Shown here in pieces: positions 21,243 through 34,715 of a stretch of DNA of 64,000 bases; within the stretch, counting starts at the first letter, position 1, and each line of letters begins with the position of its first letter. Both the position numbers and the translations under genes were made by a program. The notes under the pieces were generated by a model. It worked only from the letters and a program-made list of their open reading frames with translations, was not told the origin of the DNA and ran no database searches. Source of the DNA: the human T2T-CHM13v2.0 reference genome, Homo sapiens; assembly GCF_009914755.1 (NCBI RefSeq), contig NC_060935.1. One strand, 5' to 3'.

Positions 21243-22265
21243 TTACCTGAGCTCTCAAATGAACAAAGGAAAGCAAATTTAACACTTACTCTGACAAAAA
21301 TTCAACTCAGATTGCCTTAAGCAAAAGAGGAAATTCATGATCTTCTGCTACAAAGACGCCCAGAGATTTCTTGCTTTAGGCATGTCTGGATCCAGGACTC
21401 ACACAGTGTCAGCGGGAATCTGTCTCTCAGCTCTGCTTCCTCCTGTGTTGGTTTATTATAAAGCAAGGGCAAGCCAGAAGCTCCAGGCTTTCAATCTACC
21501 AGGTCAGCACCACCAGGCAAAGAGAGCGCCTTCTTGCAATAGTTCCAGCTGAACTCCTAGGGCCGGGGCTCATTAGACTAACTTGAGTTGCAATCTCTTC
21601 CTGACTCAACTGTGTACAAGGGAATGAATGGAGTACTCTGTCTGGCCAGGCCTAGGTCACTTGTGCCTCACCCGAGTCAGCCTCCCCAGAACTACATAGA
21701 CAGAGGGATTCACATCCATACTCCCCAAAAGGTATCTGCTACATTTCTTTAAAATGATAGTGGCCAACCATGCACCCCATAAATATGTATAATTATTTTG
21801 TACCCATTAAAATTTTTAAATAATAGTAAACTTCTATTCAATAGTTAATTATGTCCCAGACACTGTGCTGAGTACCAGGAAAGCATTACTTTACTTAGTC
21901 CTCATGTTCATCCTACAGAGCAGATATTATAATTAATCCCCACTTTAATGATGAGCAAAGACCTTGATTCCTTCCCCGAAAGTATCCCCTTCTTTCAGGC
22001 TGTCATTGCTCTCTTCCACATCTAGATCATATCTATTTCAGCAAAGAAACAGTAACACCTCAGTAAAAACTCAGTTTGATAAATTGGCTCTCTCAAGACA
22101 CTGTGCACCTTAACTGCCCCTCAAGCAGGGCAATGCAGCATGTTTTCCTCTGATAAAGGAATTCTCAGCATCAGTAGGGCCAGCATTTCGAAAGTGGCTA
22201 TGGCGAGGAGTCAGTCCCTGAGATCCCACAGTGCAGATTTTTGCCTCCCTAAAAAGGCAGGACCT

Positions 22266-22560
<295 letters not shown>

Positions 22561-22989
22561 GGGCAGGACCTGTGTTTTTAATTAATGAGATAATTGAACT
22601 GGGTAGAAAAGAGTGTGGGGGGAGGGGAATTAAAAATAAAGAAAGGCCAATGATTTAAATGCTGCATGAGACAGAACACATTCAGATTAACAAAGCAGAT
22701 AGGTGTTGAAGGCATCGAGATTTGTAGCCAGACCTCACTGAAAAGAAAACAAACACAGCATGGGCAGGCAGAGATTTATGCAAAAGATATTGGGGCACTT
22801 GGTTTATAAATTACCTACACATGACAGAAAATGAACCTCCTTTATTCTTGTGCATCATTTTAAAAGTTACTTGACTGACAAGAAGTAATTTGAGCATATC
22901 TGCTCAGAGGTCTGACTTGTTTAAAGGGAGATACACACATATGCATGAAGGGATAACTACATGAATTCACTTGTTGAATTAGACATAGA

Positions 22990-24140
22990 AATTTGGTAGA
23001 ATGTCTTCAAGTGAACCAGAGACCTAAATGTAGAAAAACTCCAAAATAACAATAAAAGAAATGACTGGTGAATATATTAAGTCCTGGAGGTTGGAAAACT
23101 TTCTTAATTAAGATTTAAAAAGCAAGTCTTTTTTTAAAAAGACTTTTTAAAAAGACTATCTCACTAGATCAAAATTAAAAATGTCTTCTGACAAAACACA
23201 AAATAAACAAAGTTTAAAGGTATATATAAACTAAAAAAATTTACATAACATAAACATATATATATCAGGAGATAAATGTCTACAGTATACATGGAACTCT
23301 TAAAGATTAATCATACAAGCAAATGATAGAAAAATGGGCAAAAATGCAAACAGAAAATCCATGAAATAGGAACTACGAATTATTAATAAAAATATAAAAA
23401 CATGTATAGTTTTACTGTAACGAAGGAAATGCAAATTGAAACAATGACAAACCACAGTTCTTACTTATTAGATTGGCCAAAAGGGTTAAGATGTGATAAA
23501 ATCAAGTATTAGTGAGGATATGGGGACATGGGCACTGTCACACATTGCAGGTGGGAACATAAATTTTTACAGTCACATCAGGCATCAATTTAGCAGTACC
23601 AAGTAGAATTTAAAATGCTCATATCTACATCCAAAAAAACAGGTGTATAAAAATATTTATTACAGCATTTTCAGTAATTCAAAATATTAGAGACAGTCTA
23701 TTATCCATTGGCAGGAAAATGGTTAATTAAACTATGCCATGTCTAAATTTTGGAATCATATGCAGTAGTTTTTAACAATAAAGAATAGCCATAAGGAGTG
23801 ACATAGAACCAGCACCAAGACACATTTTGAATAAAAAATGTAAGTTGCATAATATGTACTCTCCAATACCATTCATTGCATGCACACATGAACACTTGCA
23901 ATGGTGTTACCTACTTAGTAAGAATGCACAAATTATTATTGATTGCAATGATACAGTTAAAGATAGAGATGTTGTTTGAGTGTAAATGCAGCAAGATGGG
24001 TCTAGAATAATACATGTCAAACCAGAAGGGTATATGGGAAGGAATTAGGGAAAGTGGACAAAGTCAATTTTTGCCATATCTATTAAGGTATTCATTTTTC
24101 TAAAGATATTTTATCAATGTTTTACTTATAAAATTAGAAT
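22990..24140 (+). mobile_element. Ancient L1M (ME/MC-type) 3' ORF2/3'UTR remnant
   Basis: Degenerate L1 motifs GACCTAAATGTA, AAAAATGGGCAAAA, GGAAATGCAAATTGAAACAATGA, GCAGGTGGGAACATAAA; boundaries approximate. Confidence 0.65.
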
Positions 24141-24619
24141 ACATATTTAAAATTTTCTAGATGGTTAAAAATCATATACACAGTATTTAAATCTGCAAAT
24201 ATTTGTTGAGTCTCTTGAGTATTATATAATATGTAGACACACAGGTGAAAAAGTCACTGTTTCAGTTTCATTCATTCATTCAATCTTTTTTTTTACTAAA
24301 AGTTTACACCTTGCATTCTAATATAGGCAAAGATAAAAAACAAATAATTACATAATGTGATAGTTGGTGATAAATAAGAAGAAAAATAAAGATAGGGAAA
24401 TCCAATTGTCCATCCCTTATGCCAAACAGACTTATCTTTCTATGCAGTTTTGGGGACAGCTGCCCTTCCTATGGGGAAACATAAAAGGAGGTTAGTAGGA
24501 CAAACTATAACCCCACTGCTGTAGTTGATCTTTGGGTTAAAATTAATATTCAACTTCTCCCTCCTCCATTCTCCATCAGATAGATACTCCTCATCCTCAT
24601 TTATGAACTCAGCAAGGCT

Positions 24620-25080
24620 TAATGACTTCCTAAAAGTGGAATTTCTGAGTCAATAGATAAATGTGTAATTTCGCTAACTATTGCCAAATTCCTCTCCTTA
24701 GTACCATACATACTAAAATCCCTGCAGTGAATGAAAGAATCTCTTTCCCCATAACTTTGACCAATATTGACCCCATTATTGTGGTCAATAATGGTATCTC
24801 TTAGTACAGTTTTGATCTAAACTTATCTTATTATGGGTGAGACTGAGCATCTTTTATATGGGTAAGATTCATTTGCAATTTTCCTATGATCTTTCTGTTC
24901 ATATCCTTATTCCACTTTTCAATAGCAGTGTTGGTATTTTTATTCTCTATTTTTATTTTTTTGTTTGTTTGTTTTACCCTTGGAAAGTCATGACTTCTCT
25001 ATTTTTAGAAGCTCTTTTTATGTCAGAGATATTAATCCTTTATTATAAAAGTTGTAAATACTTTTCGAAACTGATATTTT
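24620..25080 (-). mobile_element. Ancient L1M fragment, antisense
   Basis: AAGTGGAATTTCTGAGTCA..TATTGCCAAATT..GGTGAGACTGAGCATCTTTT..CTGTTCATATCCTT match the reverse complement of the old L1 ORF2 3' region. Confidence 0.55.
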
Positions 25081-26287
25081 AGCAGAAACATGAAGAAATT
25101 GAGTGAATAAAGCATACAGCTATGTAAAAAGGAGTATTTCTGTTCCGTTAGGAGGTTTATGGGGCTGCAGCAGGGTCCTTACTGGAAAGAATAGGTTATG
25201 GATCATGTACAACATTGTTAGCAATTGGATATTAAGTCTGAAATTCAAGGAAAAGGTGACAGCCAAAGATAAAAAATCAAACACTGTCAACATATAGATG
25301 GTGTTTAAAGTGATGGAGCTACAATTTGCTCAAGGGATAGAGGTATATGCTATATAATTCTATAGTAGCAATTGTTATGCATATAAAAATATTTGCTATG
25401 GTGAGTGACACCTGCACTACATCTATAATCAAAATCACAGATTTTTATACTACCACCTGCACCTTATAGAGCAATGAACACCTCTGTCGTGCTGCAGTCA
25501 TATAACATATCTAAAAGCTAAATGAAAGATTCACTGGGTGTTATCGCAATTACTTCTTTTGAAAAAAAACTGAGAAAGACAGGTATGCTAGCAAGAGATG
25601 GTGCCATATAGAGCAATGTGCCAAAACATTATAACATTATAATTTCTTCCAGAAATACTTCACAATGAAGAGTTAATTAGACCCTTTCCGGAAATGAGAG
25701 AAATGGGAAAGAAAATCTGTGAAGCATCATGTGACACAGGAACCCCTACATTATTTGATTGTCAGCTATATTCTCCTTATGTATAAGTGTCTGGAGCATC
25801 TGTTTTTACTGCTGAGATGTGAGGTGGCCAGAGTGCAAGTCTGATTGGGGGTGGAAGAGACCTGCTGGCAGAGAGACAGAGCCAGGTTGCTGAAGTCATA
25901 GAACCAGATTCTCCTGACATCTGGAGTTGGTAATTAAACCTCTCCCAAGTGGACAGTTGTTTACATCACTCTAATGATCAAGTCTATCTCTAGGAAAACA
26001 TTGCATATTTTCAATAAGCATTATAAATATTATATGGCATCTTTGAATGTATCATTTCTGGGTAATGTCACTACCATCCAAATGAGAGCAACAACGAGGT
26101 CAGGAAAGTGTGTGGTAAAAAAGAAACTGCATTGGGAAAGTCAAGAATCCTAGATTCTAATCTTAACTCTGCCATGACTCAACATGCATGTGGGCAAGTT
26201 AGATAAAACATCTTCATAATTGAATTGTACTGAATAAGAAGAGACAAAGAAGAAACATTTATAAGATAGCTAGTTCCACTCTCTTGA

Positions 26288-28746
26288 TGTCTTAGTTCAT
26301 TTTTTGCTGCTGTAACAGAATAGCACAGACTGGGCAATTTATTTAAAACAAAAACAAAAACAAAAAAACAAAAAAAACCCAGAAGTTTAATTGGTTCACG
26401 GTTCTGGAGACTGAGAAGTCCAAGAGTGTAACAGTGGAATCTGGTGAGGGTCATTCCATGTTGGAAGGGCAGAAGGGCAGAAGGGCAAGTGATCTCACAA
26501 GACAGAGAGAAAATGGGGGCTGAACTTATTTTCTTATCAGGAGCCTACTCCCATAATAAGTAACCTACTCCTGAGATACTGGCATAATTCATTCATGAGG
26601 GTAAAACCCTCATAACTTGATAATCTTTTAAGGACCCCAAAACACTGTTCCATTGGGAATTAAATTTCCAACACATGAGCTTTTGAGGGACATATTCAAA
26701 CTATAGCATACTGCTTCTGGTCTCCAAAATTCATGCCCTTCTTACATGCAAAATACATTTATTCCATACCAATAGCCCCAAAAGTCTTAACACATTTCAG
26801 CATCAACTCAAAAGTCCAAAGTCCAGATTCTCATCTGAATCAAATATGAGTTGGACTCAAGGCAAAAATCACTCTGAGGCAAGTTTCCTTCAGCTGTGAG
26901 CTTGTGAAACCCTAACAAGTTATCTATGTCCAAAATACAATGGTAAGACAGGTGTAAGATAGACATTCCCAGGCCAAAATAAAGAAATAGGCAAGAGAAA
27001 AAGGGTAACTAGTCCCAAGTAAGTCCAAATTCCAACAGAGAAAACAACATTAAGTATTAAACCTGGAGAATAATCTTATTTACTCCATGTCTTGCTTCCT
27101 GGATACAATAGGGAAGGGGTTGGGCCCCTGAGTTCACAGGCAGCCCTACCCCTATGGCCTTACTGAGCTCAATGCACACAGCATTCCCAGGCTGGCATTG
27201 CACATCAGTAGCTCTATAGGGCTGGGGTCTCTGAGGTGGTCTTGCTCCCACAGCTTTACTAGGCACTACCCTATAGTGGGAGCTTTCTGCAGTGACTCCA
27301 CCATGGCAGGTTTCTTCCTGAGCTTTCAGGCAGTTCACAGCTTCTTTTGAAAACTAAGTGAAAGAAATCATGCCTCCACAGTTCTTGCATTCTCTGCACT
27401 TGCAGAATGAGCACTGCCTGGACAGGTTATACCTTTCAGAGTGGTGGCCCAAGCCACACCTTGGGACAACTTAAGCTGTGGCTAGGGTAGCTGAGGAGTG
27501 CTATTCTGGAAAGTAAGGAGCAGAGAACTGAGGCAGCTCTGGGTAGCAAACTAGTAGAGGATGCCCTGGGCATATTTCCTGAAACCATGCTGCCCTCTTG
27601 GCGCTCAGGGCCTGTGATAGAAGGGACAGTGTGGAAGACCTTTGAAATGCCTTTAGGGGTCTTTCTCACATTGTCTTGATGAATAACACCTGGCTCCCTC
27701 CTCTTCATCGTAGTCATTTTATCAAATGGTCACTTGGCCATACTCTTATTATTCTCTCCCAAGCATGCTTTTTTCCACTTTATATGACTAGGCTTCAAAT
27801 TTTTCAAATAATTCCATTCTGCTTCCCTTTCAATTATAAGTTCTGTCTTCAAGTCATCTCTCTCTTCTCGTATCTCACTGTATGCATTAAAAGTAGCCAC
27901 ACAGCAGCCTGAACACTTTGTTGATTAGCTATTTCTTCTGCCAGATATCCTAGTTTCTTGCTCTAAGTTTTGGCATTCTATAAAGTTCCAGAAGAAGGAC
28001 ACAATTCTGCTGAGGTCTTGCTACTTTATAGCAAGGACGGCTTTTACTCCAGCTTCCAATAACTTAGGATAACTTCATCATTTCTATCTCAGACCTCATC
28101 AGAGGGTCTTTACTATCCGTGTTTTTACCAACACTCTGGTCATGACTACTTAAATAATCTGTAAGAAGATTTAGACTTTCCTTACAGTTATTCTTTTCAC
28201 CTGAGCCCTCATCAGAATCACCCCTAATGCTCCATTCATGGTAATACAGGCTTTTTCTAGCCTGATTCTCCAAATTGTTCAAGCCTCTACCCATTACACA
28301 ATTCCAAAGCTGCTTCCATATTTCCAGGTATTTGTGATAGCAACAACCTCACTTCTTGGGACCGATTTTCTGCCTTTGTCTTCTGCTGCTATCAAAAAAT
28401 ACCCAGACTGGGTAATTTATAAAGAACAGAAGTTTATTTGGTTCACAGCTTTGGGAGCTGGGAAGTCCAAGAGCATGACACTGTCATCTGATAAAGATCA
28501 TCTCTGGCATCTGGTAAGGGTCCTCAATGCTAGAAGAGTAGCCAGCTTACAAGACAGAGAGAAAATGGGGGGCAAAGTTATCTTTTTATTGGGAGCCCAC
28601 TTTTACAATAACAGCATTAATCTATTTATGTGTGCAGAGTCCTAATGACATAATCACCTCTTAAATGCCCCACCTCTCCACACCATTTGCATTGGGCTTT
28701 AAGTTTCCAACACATGAACTTTGAAGGACATATTCAAACCATAGAA
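26288..28746 (-). mobile_element. Two-LTR MaLR MST-family element (MSTC/MSTD-like): LTRs 26288-26708 and 28371-28746 with about 1.66 kb MST-int
   Basis: Two diverged LTRs in the same orientation (CAGACTGGG-AATTTAT, CAAGACAGAGA-AAAATGGGGG, AACACATGA-CTTT-GA-GGACATATTCAAAC-ATAG) bracketing MaLR internal sequence (CAAAAGTCCAAAGTCC...). Confidence 0.8.
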
Positions 28747-29185
28747 TTCTCTTCAAGGAATCAGCCTCTTGCTAAGAACACACATCCAGTACATTTTCTG
28801 CCATGAGGAAGAAAAAAAGAAAAGAAAAACTCGTGCCTGCCTAAGTGCCCTGCAATGCTGGTGATTGGGCGAATAATTCTGTTGTATTTTGAAATGAGGT
28901 GTTAGCAAGATCAGGTGCCTGCAGATCTGAAAGTGTATGTGATAACATGGCATGTCTGGAAAAAGGGATAGTTTTCTCTACTTTTGGAGAAAAAAGAAAG
29001 TGGTGATATTTATTCACATTTATTCACTTCTTTCCCAAACACCAATAATGTTCAGGCATGATAAAATAAACATACTTATCAAAATGCAAGCATTTATCCT
29101 GAAGAACCAACATTAACACATTAATATCCACATACTCATTAGCTCTGAAGAATCTCAGGGTAGGTATCTGTCTCCTGAAGGAAAA

Positions 29186-30990
29186 TATACACTCATAACA
29201 TCCATGCTGAAAGCCAAATCAAGAACACAACCCCATTCACAACAGCCACAAAAAGAAAAAAATACATAGAAATACAGATAACCAGAGAGATGAAGAATCT
29301 CTACAATGAGAATAACAAAAGACTGCCTAAAGAAATCAGAAATGACACAAACAAATAGGAAAAATATTCCATGCTCATGGATAGGTAGAATTTATATTGT
29401 TAAAATGCCCATACTGCCCAAAGCAAATTACAGATTCAATGTTATTCCTATCAAACTATCAATGAAATTCTTCACAGAATTAGAAAAAACTATTTCAAAA
29501 CGTATACGGAACCAAGAAAGAGCTCAAATAGCCAAGGCTATCCTAAGAAAAAAGAATAAAGCTAGAGAGACATTACCCGACTTCAAGCTATTTATACTTC
29601 ACCATGGTACTGGTACAAAAACAGGCAAATAGACCAACAGAACAGAACAGAGAACCCAGAAATAATGCCACACATCTACAACCAACTGATCTTCAACAAA
29701 ACTGACAAAAATGAGCAATGGGGAATGGACTCCCTATTCAATAAATGATGATAGAATAACTGGCTAGCCATATGCAGAAGATTGAAACTAGAGCCCATCC
29801 TTAAACCACATACAAGCATCAACTCAAAATGGATTAAAGAATTAAATGTAAAACTGAAAAGTATAAAAATCCTGGACAATAACCTAGGAAATACCATTCT
29901 GGACATAGGAGCTGGCAAAGGTTTCATAATGAAGACAACAAAAGCAATTGCAACAAAAACAAAAATTGGCAAGTGGGATCTGATTAAACTAAAGATCTTC
30001 TGCACAGAAAAAAAAAACTATCCACAGAGTAAACAGACAACCTACTGGAACTGGAGAAAATATTTGCAAAATATCTGCATTCAGCAAAGGTCTAATATCC
30101 AGAACCTATAAGGAATTTAAACAAATTACAAGCGAAATACAAACAATCCCACCTAAAAGTAGGCAAGGAACATGAATAGACACTTTTCAAAAGAGGCATA
30201 CATGCAGTCAACAAGCGTATGAAAAAATGTTCAACATCACTAATCATTAGAGAAATTCAAATCAAAACCACAATGAGATACCATCTTACACCAGTCAGAA
30301 TGGCTACTAGAAAAAGGTCAAAATATAACAGATGCTGGCAAAGCTGTAGAGAAAAAAGAATCTTTATACACAGCTGGTAGGAATGTAAATTCGTCCAATC
30401 ATTGTGGAAAGCACTTTTGCAATTTCTCAAAAAAACTTAGAATTACTATTTGACCCAGCAATCCCATTATTGTGTATATGTCCAAAGGAATATAAATTGT
30501 TCTGTCATAAAGACACATGCACACATATGTTCATCACAGCACTATTCACAATAGCAAAGACATGGAATCAACCTAAATGCCCATCAACAGTAGACTGGAT
30601 TTCAAAAATGTGGTACATATACACTATGCAATACTATGCAGCCTTAAAAGAATGAGGTCATGTCCTTTGCAGCAACATGGATGGAGCTGGAAGCCATTAT
30701 CCTTAGAAAACTAACACAGGAACAGAAAACCAAATACTGCATGTTCTCTTTATAAATGGGCACTAAATATTAAGTACACATGGACACAAAGAAGAGAATA
30801 ACAGACAGGTCCTACCTGAAAGTGGAGGAAGGGAGGAGGGTGAAAATCGAAAAACTATTGAGTACCATGCTGATTACCTGGGTGACAAAACAATCTGTAC
30901 ACCAAACCCCCAAGACACACAATTTACCTATATAAGAAAACTGCACATGTACCCCAACCCTAAAATAAAAGTTAATAATAAATAAATAAA
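29186..30990 (+). mobile_element. 5'-truncated older L1 (L1PA15/16-like)
   Basis: ORF2-like ORFs 29306-29632, 29782-30111 and 30404-30655. 3'UTR ATCTGTACACCAAACCCCC..CTAAAATAAAAGTT with (TAAA)n tail. Confidence 0.85.
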
Positions 30991-31888
30991 TACTTTTCAT
31001 ATGGCAATTTAAAAAAAAGAAGGGATGTGAGCAGGTTAACTTTCATGGGTAGGTGAGAAGGAGCTGAAACAAGAAACCTAAAGGCAGATTTGGAATACCA
31101 ACTATACCAGGAGACCCTGGGGACCCAGAAAATATATTTCTTCAAAATCACACCCAATTCAACATTTTTTTCTAGAAAGATATTCTCCCTTGGGAATTTA
31201 CACATTCTTGTTTGTGATCTGAGTGCTTTACTGGGCGGTGCAAACACTGAGCATATTATTTCACCTTTCTAATCTTGGGTTTCCTCATCTATAATACAGC
31301 AACACCTACCATCCATTTGTCCCCACTGATGCTGGGCACCATAGTAATAAAAGTAACTTCACATTGTTTAGGGTCTCCTCCTTTTCTGTGAACAAGTGTG
31401 TCTCAGGAATTAAGGTAAGGAAACTGAGGCACAGAGAGTTTAAGTAATTTGCTCAAAATCACACAGCTAATAATAAAGGAAGTCAGGATTTACACTCAAC
31501 TATTCTTATTTAAGAACCTTCTTCTTAACTACTTCCTGGTGTTTCACTGCCTTCAGTGCATTTTAAGAAGGACTAAGTCCAGTCAGCATGTTCAAAGAGG
31601 ACAGGGAAGAATACTACTTCCTAACTTCTATGCTAGGTTATTACACCAGGGGCAGGAGGACTTCAGAGACCAAGCATTTAACCCCAAGAATGTGCTGAGT
31701 AAATAAACCTCGTTCATTTTCATAGATTTGTTCAAAGAATTTTTAAATATATAGAGTATCTTACAGTCAGCAGTTATTAATACACATGCACCCAGCAAAG
31801 AATTTGCAACACAGGTAAGTAGGACATAAGGCCTCTTGAAAGGGAGATGAGAAATGTGAGAAAAAATTTGTTTGACATTGATAAAGGT

Positions 31889-32313
31889 AGTGTTTGATTA
31901 ATTTCTTGTAGCTGCTGTAACAAATGACCACAAACTGGATGGCTTAAAACAACAGATATGTGTTGTCTCAGGAGCCCCAAATCAAGGCATCTGCAGAGCC
32001 ATTTTCCTTCTAGGAATTCTAGGGGAAAATCTGTTCTTTCTCTCCTCCTGCAACTGGTACTTATCGGTATTCCTCAACTTGAGGCTCTATCACTTCACTC
32101 TCTCCCTCGGTGGTCACATTGCCTCCTCCTCTTCTGTTTCTTCTCCTCTCCCTTATAAGAATCCTTGTGATGGCATTTAGGGTTCACCTAGATAATCCAG
32201 GATGATCTCATGCCCCAAAATCCCTTTTTTCAAACAAAATAACAAATAACATTCACAGGTTCCAGGTATTTGACATGCATATCTTTGGCAGGGAGCATTT
32301 TGTGGCCTACCAT
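31889..32313 (-). mobile_element. MLT1 (B/C/D-like) solo LTR
   Basis: GCTGCTGTAACAAATGACCACAAACTGG-TGGCTTAAAACAACAG..GATAATCCAGGATGATCTC..GCCTACCATA. Confidence 0.75.
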
Positions 32314-33519
32314 AGGCAGTAATGACTCCCTGTTGCAGGTGCCCCCTACTCTATAAAGCCCCAAATTTCAAACATATACAAAGAGATGCTTGCCAGATGA
32401 AAGCATTCAGTGCCAGGATCCCATGAAAGAAAAAAAAAATCCCTTTGCTGCCACTGGGATGGTTCAACTTTCCAAATCTCATATTTCACACTTTTTCAGA
32501 AATTTGCCAAATCTATGAAGCAGGTGTCCTGTTACATGGCTTGCACACTCGCTGCGAACAGTCCACTCCTCTGCTGGGATAAGCCCAGCGTATCGACTTC
32601 AGGCAGACCATCCTTCCAAAAGGCTGAGACTTTGAGGCACAAGTTGCCTCTGTGTAAGCAGACTTCCAAGAATGCTTAAGGGGACTAAGCATGATACCAA
32701 TTTGCAGCTTCTCAAATGTGCTGCTGATCTCTGGTTGCCTTTGATCAGGAGAAATGGCAGCATTTTGTCAGTGTTCAAAAGCCAGTCTACCTTGACCTTT
32801 TTTTATAATCAAGTCTGCTGTGGACATTATAAAAAGAATATGTGCAAGGTCAGGCTCTGACAAAATGCAGAAAGCAAATCCCAAGGCTAGTGGCAGCCAG
32901 TCTGAGCGGATATCAGAAGCGATACACCAGCCCAAAGCCACCAACCAGACAGCAGTTAAACCCTTTGACAAGCCCAATTCCAAATAAAAATTGGAAGAGG
33001 GAGGTGGAAACAGCATCTTCTCTTGAAGGGAAAAGGAACTAAGTACAGTAGCAGATGGAACATGGCCTTACACTAATCCAGGCCCCATAATTAAATTCCG
33101 GAACCATGCCAGCAAAGGAAGACAGTATTCAAAAATAGCAGGTGCCTCCTGGAGATGTTTTGCCAGAGAGGCTTTATAAGGTATCAGGCTTATAGCCTAC
33201 GGTATGAAATCATTGGTGAAGCTTAGTATCCAGCTAGCTCTACAGAGAAGACCAGACTGAGCTGGTGCTGCTTTTATATTCCTTGGAGAAATACTGGCTC
33301 CCAGGTAGATTTGCCTCTGGGGTCCTTCAGCTGTGCACAGACTTTGTTGATGAATAGGTAGTCACAGACACAGAGCAGTCCTGGCAGCAAAACTGGCTGC
33401 CCAACTTCCTGCATCAATGCATATCACGGCCATTGTGCATCTCAAAGTTGAACCAGAGAGATGATTTCAAAGACAATGCTCATTAATGTGGCCCAGCCAG
33501 TCCTTCAGCATTGTATAGA

Positions 33520-33760
33520 GTGACTAATTTTAGAGCTGGACTCTGGAGTCTCATGGACCTAGATGGTCATCCAGTTCTACAACTTACTAGTATGTGATCT
33601 TAGGCAAGCTCCTAAGCCTCTCTATACTATGGGACTTTTTCATCTGTGAATAGAGAATATATTTCCTAAATCAAAGCAGTGAAGAAAAAATGACACTGTA
33701 ACAAGATAATCAGCTCATAGCATGGCACATGTTAAAAGTACTTAGTAAATATTAAATAAA
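33520..33760 (+). mobile_element. MIR SINE
   Basis: CTCTGGAGTC..ACTTACTAGTATGTGATCTTAGGCAAG..TCATCTGTGAA core. Confidence 0.65.
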
Positions 33761-34469
33761 TAATAAGATAATGATGATTACATGGATAGAATAATGGAAG
33801 TGGTTGTCAGGAGCAAACACTGAAGGCCATCATGCATAGAAATTCCCAAAAATGCAAGGAGGGCCAGCAGCATTCAGTTATCTGTTTTATTGCTTTTATT
33901 TTGTTCCCCCAAGTCTGAAGGATGCTTTCCCCTTTCACCTTGTCTTGGCAAGCAAGGGGGATGAACAAAGACCACATAACAAAGACCACAGTGCAAGCTG
34001 AAACTCTCAGGAAGAACAGTCAGCAGCAGGATGCTGTGCCTGGTCCCATCCTCTCAGCAGCCCACAGATGTGCTAGGATCAGGCACAGCTGGACACATCA
34101 GCAGCTCTGCTCCAGGAAGACCCCCATTCCCTGCTGCTTTACCTTTCTGTAGGGTTTTCATGTAGGCAGCCTTCCAAGTCTGGAAAAATGGCAAGAGCTT
34201 AGGCACCGACTGCTCAGAGAGTTGCACAACCGACAGTGTTGGAAACATCAGCTGATAGTACCTGGACATCTTGTGTGAAATCAAGCAACAGCCCCTCCCT
34301 CTGAGGGAAGGGGACCACCCTTCCCAGCTGCCTTATTTCCAGGATTGTGAAAGCCATCAGGTTCATCTAGTGAGCAGTTCTGCCTATATTCCCAAAGTCC
34401 TTCTTTGAGCTAATTAAACACTGACTTATCAAGCACCTAGTCTGGTCTGTGTAGAGATGAAGCTTTTTA

Positions 34470-34715
34470 TAAAGGTTAGAAGTGTGCTGAGCTTTGGAAT
34501 CCAGCAGTCATAGACTCAAACCATAGCATCACCATTCATTAGCTCTGTGGCTGTGGGCAAGTCAGAAAACTTCTCTGTGTCTCAGTTTCCACATCTCTAA
34601 AAGAGAAATAAAAATTATACCAATAATTATAGGATTATTTTGAGGATTAAGTGAGATAAGGTACAAGAAAGACAACACAAGCCTGGCACAAGATAGCACA
34701 AATACACAGTAGCTA
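34470..34715 (+). mobile_element. MIR SINE
   Basis: TAGCTCTGTGGCTGTGGGCAAGTC..TGTCTCAGTTTCCACATCTCTAAAA..GAGGATTAAGTGAG..GCCTGGCACA. Confidence 0.7.
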
